From NCBI GenBank assembly GCA_017991475.1, contig JAGOQK010000001.1:105689-169688 (forward strand): DNA of 64,000 nucleotides, in the 5' to 3' direction. This DNA comes from Minisyncoccota bacterium. Its GTDB lineage: Bacteria; Patescibacteriota; Minisyncoccia; Phycocordibacterales; PALSA-1337. The number at the start of each line of letters is the position of its first letter. Positions within the stretch are counted from its first letter, which is position 1. Below, one piece after another: positions 59,884 to 64,000 of this stretch. The translations under genes were made by a program, and so were the position numbers. The notes under the pieces are model-generated. The model was not told the DNA's origin and searched no databases. It saw only the letters and a list, made by a program, of their open reading frames with translations.

Positions 59884-60354
59884 CTACCACGCAAAGTGAG
59901 CAAATGCCTTGTTGGCCTCAGCCATCTTGTGCATGTTCTCGCGCTTCTTGATAGCCTCACCCTCATTCTTGGATGCTGCGATGATCTCTTCGGCGAGCTT
60001 GATAGCGATCGGCTTACCCTTCTTGGAACGAGCCGCTTCGACGATCCACTTCATCGAGAGAGCCGAGCGGCGCTCTGGACGAACTTCGCGAGGAACCTGA
60101 TAGTTGGCACCTCCGACACGGCGGGAACGGACCTCCATAGCCGGTGAGGTGTTCTTGAGTGCGAGTTCGAAGACTTCGAGTGGATTCTCCACCTTGGCCT
60201 TATCCTTGATCTCCTTCATACAGTCAGCAACAATGGCGCGAGCGATGTTCTTCTTGCCAGACTCCATGATGTAGTTGGTAAACTTGCCGAGCTTAACAGA
60301 TTGGAAGTTTATGTCCGGCTTTATTTCTCTCTTTATGTTTAGTTTTCTTCGCAT
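59884..60354 (-). CDS. rpsG: 30S ribosomal protein S7
   Basis: 156 aa (MRRKLNIKREIKPD...) with canonical S7 conservation. Confidence 0.95.
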   Translation of the reverse strand: MRRKLNIKREIKPDINFQSVKLGKFTNYIMESGKKNIARAIVADCMKEIKDKAKVENPLEVFELALKNTSPAMEVRSRRVGGANYQVPREVRPERRSALSMKWIVEAARSKKGKPIAIKLAEEIIAASKNEGEAIKKRENMHKMAEANKAFAHFAW

Positions 60355-60366
60355 GATAGTTGGAGA

Positions 60367-60783
60367 TTACTTTGCCGCTTTCGGCTTCTTATTACCGTAC
60401 TGGCTTCGACCTTTCCTGCGCTTCTCGACACCTGCTGCATCGAGCACGCCACGAACTACTGTATAACGGAGACCAACGTCCTTGACGCGACCACCACGGA
60501 GGAGGACCACAGAGTGCTCCTGGAGGTTGTGACCCTCTCCTGGAACGTATGCGGTGACTTCCATACCGTTCGAAAGACGAACACGAGCAATCTTGCGGAT
60601 AGCTGAGTTTGGCTTCTTTGGGGTCTTGGTGGTGACCTTCACACATACTCCGCGCTTGAATGGAGCTGGGAAGAAGATCGGGCGGTTCTTGATGCTATTA
60701 AAAGTACGGGTCAAAGCAATAGACTTCGACTTGCGTGTGAAGCGGGTACGATTCCGCTTTGTGAGCTGATTGATTGTAGGCAT
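60367..60783 (-). CDS. rpsL: 30S ribosomal protein S12
   Basis: [15 protein letters not shown]...[10 protein letters not shown]; 138 aa. Confidence 0.95.
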   Translation of the reverse strand: MPTINQLTKRNRTRFTRKSKSIALTRTFNSIKNRPIFFPAPFKRGVCVKVTTKTPKKPNSAIRKIARVRLSNGMEVTAYVPGEGHNLQEHSVVLLRGGRVKDVGLRYTVVRGVLDAAGVEKRRKGRSQYGNKKPKAAK

Positions 60784-60987
60784 TTGTAATTGTTAGCACC
60801 CTGAATTCTTCACCGCTTTTGGCTTGAGGTCCCCTTTCGGAGAATGCCTAGGCGATTACTCAGAATGCGTTGTTAATCGAACGCTGTTCTCTCGAAAGAG
60901 ACAGTGGGGATACCTTACCAGAGAAATATGAAGAGTGCAAGTGAAATATACCCCCCTCTTTGAATGCGACCATATAAACTATAGATA

Positions 60988-61350
60988 TAAAAAAGAGGGT
61001 GCCGGCAGTTGGACGTAACTGCACAACACCCTCCCACACAACTACGGAGGAACCTCCGCAGTAAATGATGAAATTGACTGGTTGCGCGACACTATTAGAC
61101 GAGCTGTCGCACAACCAGTTGCTCCGAATCGAGAAAGGAGGGAGCAACCTCACTTAATCTCGACGAATCAGGAATCGCAACCGAAGCGACGATTTCCCGA
61201 CTCTTCTGGTGGCTTCCGGCTGAGGCCTGGACGGGCGGAGGACGATGGATGCTAGCGGTGAAACCCGCGCGCCGAGCATCATACAGTTTCCGCGATTGGC
61301 CCCGCTTATGCGATAACGCCGGATGTTTGAAACGCCACAGGTACTTACCG
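60988..61350 (-). ncRNA. Candidate novel ~360-nt non-coding RNA with its own near-consensus promoter and intrinsic terminator, upstream of rpsL
   Basis: On the minus strand: TTGACA (61385-61380), a 17-nt spacer, TATACT (61362-61357). About 360 nt downstream: GAGGGUG...CACCCUC stem (61032-60994) followed by UUUUUU (60993-60988). The candidate rpsL promoter lies beyond it. No long ORF starts at the predicted TSS. Confidence 0.4.
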
Positions 61351-61356
61351 CTATAT

Positions 61357-61385
61357 AGTATAGCACCTTCGAGACTATTTGTCAA
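61357..61385 (-). promoter_or_regulatory. Near-consensus sigma70-type promoter (TTGACA-17 nt-TATACT)
   Basis: Read directly on the minus strand, immediately after the stop of the M50 protease gene and directed toward rpsL. Confidence 0.55.
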
Positions 61386-61407
61386 CTGAGGTGGAACCTC
61401 GACACAC

Positions 61408-62013
61408 CTATATGATCCCTATTCCCGTAAATGCCTTGAAAATAGGCCATATTATCGGGGATATAGCTTCCCAGAGGAAAAATACGACAACAATGATCAG
61501 GATCGGCGCGTACATCTCGAGCATATGACGCACCCGACCATACTGGCTTGGCAGGAATGAAAACAGAAGCTTCGATCCGTCCAGGGGCGGGATCGGGATA
61601 AGGTTGAAAACTGCAAGCACGATATTGATGATGACAATACGAGCAGATATTTCTATGAAAGGTGTCATCACCTCACCCATCATGCTCCTTATGAGGAGTC
61701 CGAATATAAGCGCAATCAAAATATTAGACGCGGGACCTGCAGCCGCAATGAGAAACTCACCCATGCGTCTATTTTTCAAATTATACGGATTGTATGGCAC
61801 GGGCTTGGCCCAGCCGAAAGTAAATCCGCCAAGCGAAGTCACGATAGGTACGAGAATTGAGCCGACCGGATCAATATGTTTGAACGGATTGAGCGTCAGT
61901 CTCCCCTGTAATCGAGCAGTAGGATCACCGAGACGGTCAGCCATGTAGCCGTGTGCGACTTCATGGATGATGATGGATAATATGAGAATGGCTATAGAAA
62001 GTATGGTGAGCAT
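61408..62013 (-). CDS. Site-2 protease-family (M50) zinc metalloprotease
   Basis: HExxH in TM1 (IIHEVAHGY) and multiple TM helices with the LDG motif (PIPPLDGSKL). 201 aa. Confidence 0.75.
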   Translation of the reverse strand: MLTILSIAILILSIIIHEVAHGYMADRLGDPTARLQGRLTLNPFKHIDPVGSILVPIVTSLGGFTFGWAKPVPYNPYNLKNRRMGEFLIAAAGPASNILIALIFGLLIRSMMGEVMTPFIEISARIVIINIVLAVFNLIPIPPLDGSKLLFSFLPSQYGRVRHMLEMYAPILIIVVVFFLWEAISPIIWPIFKAFTGIGII

Positions 62014-62051
62014 TTGAATTATTTATTGACCTATGATACCATGGGTTTCCT

Positions 62052-62294
62052 ATGGCGAAAGTATGTGCAATAACCAAGAGAGGTTCAGTCGTCGGAGGAC
62101 GATATTCGAACCGTACCCGTGCAACGCAGTATAACCCCTGCGGCAAGGTTCGTCGCCACCCAAATCTCCAGAAGAAGCGTATTTACGTCCCTGAGCTCAA
62201 GAAAACCATCATCCTTACCATCTCGACTCGTGCACTACGCACTATCCAGAAGAACGGCGCCTACCACACCCTCAAGAAAGCAGGCATTATATAA
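62052..62294 (+). CDS. rpmB: 50S ribosomal protein L28
   Basis: MAKVCAITKRGSVVGGRYSN...RRHPNLQKKRIY; 80 aa. Confidence 0.85.
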   Translation: MAKVCAITKRGSVVGGRYSNRTRATQYNPCGKVRRHPNLQKKRIYVPELKKTIILTISTRALRTIQKNGAYHTLKKAGII

Positions 62295-62321
62295 ACAAAT
62301 CCGGTACTCCTACCGGATTTT

Positions 62322-63230
62322 TTATTCAACCTGTATCGACTTACCGTCCATGGTGATTTTCACCATTCCAGCCTCCCTTAGGTTGAACCTATTCCCTACC
62401 AGAATTCCCGCCAATGGATCAGGTGGTGCTTTTTTGTTCACTGATACTCCCGACTTCCTTGAAGCCGATTTTGAATCCGCTCTTGAATAAATAAGATACT
62501 CAGGTCGTGCCGCCACCATAAACTCGCGGGACATGTTCGTGGCTGATGCACTATGCGAAACAATGATGGCGTCAACCTCGCCTGTCGATGAAGCAATATA
62601 CTTCTGAATCTTCACAGTCACATCGCCAAGTAGGAGCACCGACTGATTCCCATAAGACACCTTCAGGACAATCTGGGGTGCGCTCGCCTTTGAATATTCA
62701 AATGCTGAACTCTTCTCAGGAAACAGAGCCTCTATCTTCACCACACTTGCGTCATTTGATTCGACCAGATCACCCGACTCGAGCTCCACCAGCTCAACGC
62801 CCCCATGCTCGGATGCCTCATGAAATGCATTGTATGCAGGCTCGGAGGATGACGAGATGCCCAGATTTTCCAGGGTGATTGCGGGGATATATACACGACC
62901 AACCTTGTACCGCTCAATAATATTTACCAATCCTGATACATCAGTATCACTCGTATTCACCGCCACGACTGCATCGAGGTGACGAGAATAGAATGGTAGT
63001 ACAGAACTCACCTTACGAACAATCTCCGCGTTTGGTCCACCATTGACCAGTATTCTCTCATCATCTGGCGTGCGTACAAGGGTCGCTATACCGCTCTTGA
63101 GCTGGAAGACAAATACTTCGAGAACTGGCTGCCGGTGCTGCTGCATCCACACATATCCCCCGAGCGCAGAGGCCGATACTGTTGCCACAATAAGGGTGAG
63201 TACTATTTTTCGTCTGGTATTCGATGCCAT
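62322..63230 (-). CDS. Membrane-anchored MBL-fold protein resembling the ComEC C-terminal domain but with degenerate metal-binding motifs
   Basis: N-terminal TM segment; the LVRTPDDERILVNGGP and DAVVAVNTSDTDVSGL segments align with the ComEC MBL blocks (GQGDA...ILIDGG; H-x-D-x-D-H) with the catalytic residues substituted. Confidence 0.55.
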   Translation of the reverse strand: MASNTRRKIVLTLIVATVSASALGGYVWMQQHRQPVLEVFVFQLKSGIATLVRTPDDERILVNGGPNAEIVRKVSSVLPFYSRHLDAVVAVNTSDTDVSGLVNIIERYKVGRVYIPAITLENLGISSSSEPAYNAFHEASEHGGVELVELESGDLVESNDASVVKIEALFPEKSSAFEYSKASAPQIVLKVSYGNQSVLLLGDVTVKIQKYIASSTGEVDAIIVSHSASATNMSREFMVAARPEYLIYSRADSKSASRKSGVSVNKKAPPDPLAGILVGNRFNLREAGMVKITMDGKSIQVE

Positions 63231-63306
63231 GCTCGTATTCTATATAACTGAAATGAAGAAACCGTGATGAAGCGATAGAGTTTCCATGATGTGATACAAT
63301 TCATTC

Positions 63307-63900
63307 ATGAAACAATTCACTGCAAAAACATTCACGATACCTGAACTCGTTGGAATTTCAGCCAAGAGTATCGAAGAACACCTCAAGCTTTACCAGGGCT
63401 ATGTGAAGCACGCCAATCTCATTCTCGAGAAGGTTGTTGAGTACAAAAAGGATGCCGAAAAGAATGCATATGCTCTCGATGAGATCATGCGCAGATTTGG
63501 CTTCGAATACAATGGCATACGAAATCACGAAGTCTACTTCTCTTCTCTCGAAGGGGGTCCATCGGACCTTGCTGACGGAAGCACCTTGAAAGCGGCGCTC
63601 GCTGAAGAATGGGGTTCATTCGATGCGTGGCGAGCGGAATTCAAAGCGCTCGCACTCACGCGCGGTATCGGTTGGGCAATGCTTTACTATGACCGTACAG
63701 ATGGCCGCCTCCTCAATGCGTGGATCGACGAACAACATCTCGGTCAACTCCAGGACTGCGCGCTCATCCTCGGACTTGATATGTGGGAACACTCATTCGT
63801 CGCTGACTACCTGCCGTCAGGTAAGAAGCAGTATGTCGAGGATTTCTTCAAGAACTTGAATTGGGGTGTGGTCGAAGAGAATTTTGAGAAGGTGAAATAG
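63307..63900 (+). CDS. Fe/Mn superoxide dismutase
   Basis: The SOD C-terminal signature D-x-W-E-H is present (LGLDMWEHSFVADY), as are the N-terminal His ligands (EEHLKLYQGYVKHAN). 197 aa. Confidence 0.85.
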   Translation: MKQFTAKTFTIPELVGISAKSIEEHLKLYQGYVKHANLILEKVVEYKKDAEKNAYALDEIMRRFGFEYNGIRNHEVYFSSLEGGPSDLADGSTLKAALAEEWGSFDAWRAEFKALALTRGIGWAMLYYDRTDGRLLNAWIDEQHLGQLQDCALILGLDMWEHSFVADYLPSGKKQYVEDFFKNLNWGVVEENFEKVK

Positions 63901-64000
63901 TATGAGAAAAATAATCCTAATTATCGTTGTCTTAGCAATAATAGTGAGTTTTATTCCACTTTTTTCACATACAAATCTACTTCAGAATAGTTACAAATTA

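Noticed and set aside
60784-61407. RNase P RNA or SRP RNA in the 624-nt rpsL upstream gap; ORFs 60860-61153, 61095-61385, 61154-61366
   Set aside because: By eye I could not find the P4 (AGGAAAGUCCGG / ACAGAAxCCGGCUUA) or SRP domain-IV (GGAAGCAGCC) signatures. A partial SRP-like match (CCAGGCCUCAGCCGGAAGCCACCAG) does not fold into the GNRA-capped helix 8. The ORFs begin at or upstream of the -35 box of the only good promoter and have no RBS. The region is therefore reported as an unclassified ncRNA candidate instead.

Overview
Dense bacterial chromosomal segment, about 85% coding and mostly on the minus strand, with gene content typical of a small-genome Patescibacteria/CPR-like organism; the CPR call is inference from gene content only. 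Standard genetic code is supported by an intact RF2 gene (prfB). Recognisable genes include a complete type IV pilus/competence cluster (pilM, pilN, pilO, pilB, pilT, pilC, two pilins, the prepilin peptidase pilD, four pseudopilins, comFC), tmRNA with smpB, a 7-tRNA complement including tRNA-Ile(UAU), and the infC-rpmI-rplT and rpsL-rpsG-fusA operons. The most unusual locus is the left end (106-10749). A single minus-strand operon there encodes a protein with a Tat-like signal, three tandem paralogous giant repeat proteins (883, 811 and 947 aa) with conserved ends and shuffled internal repeats and no signal peptide, a Thr/Pro-rich protein, and tatC-tatA. Several long perfect inverted repeats sit in intergenic regions (between pilT and pilC, upstream of infC, between ftsE and ftsX, after tRNA-Asp). 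There are at least three promoter/terminator-bounded candidate non-coding RNAs (upstream of rpsL, upstream of a small membrane-protein gene, downstream of rplT). No CRISPR array, transposase, integrase or rRNA was seen.
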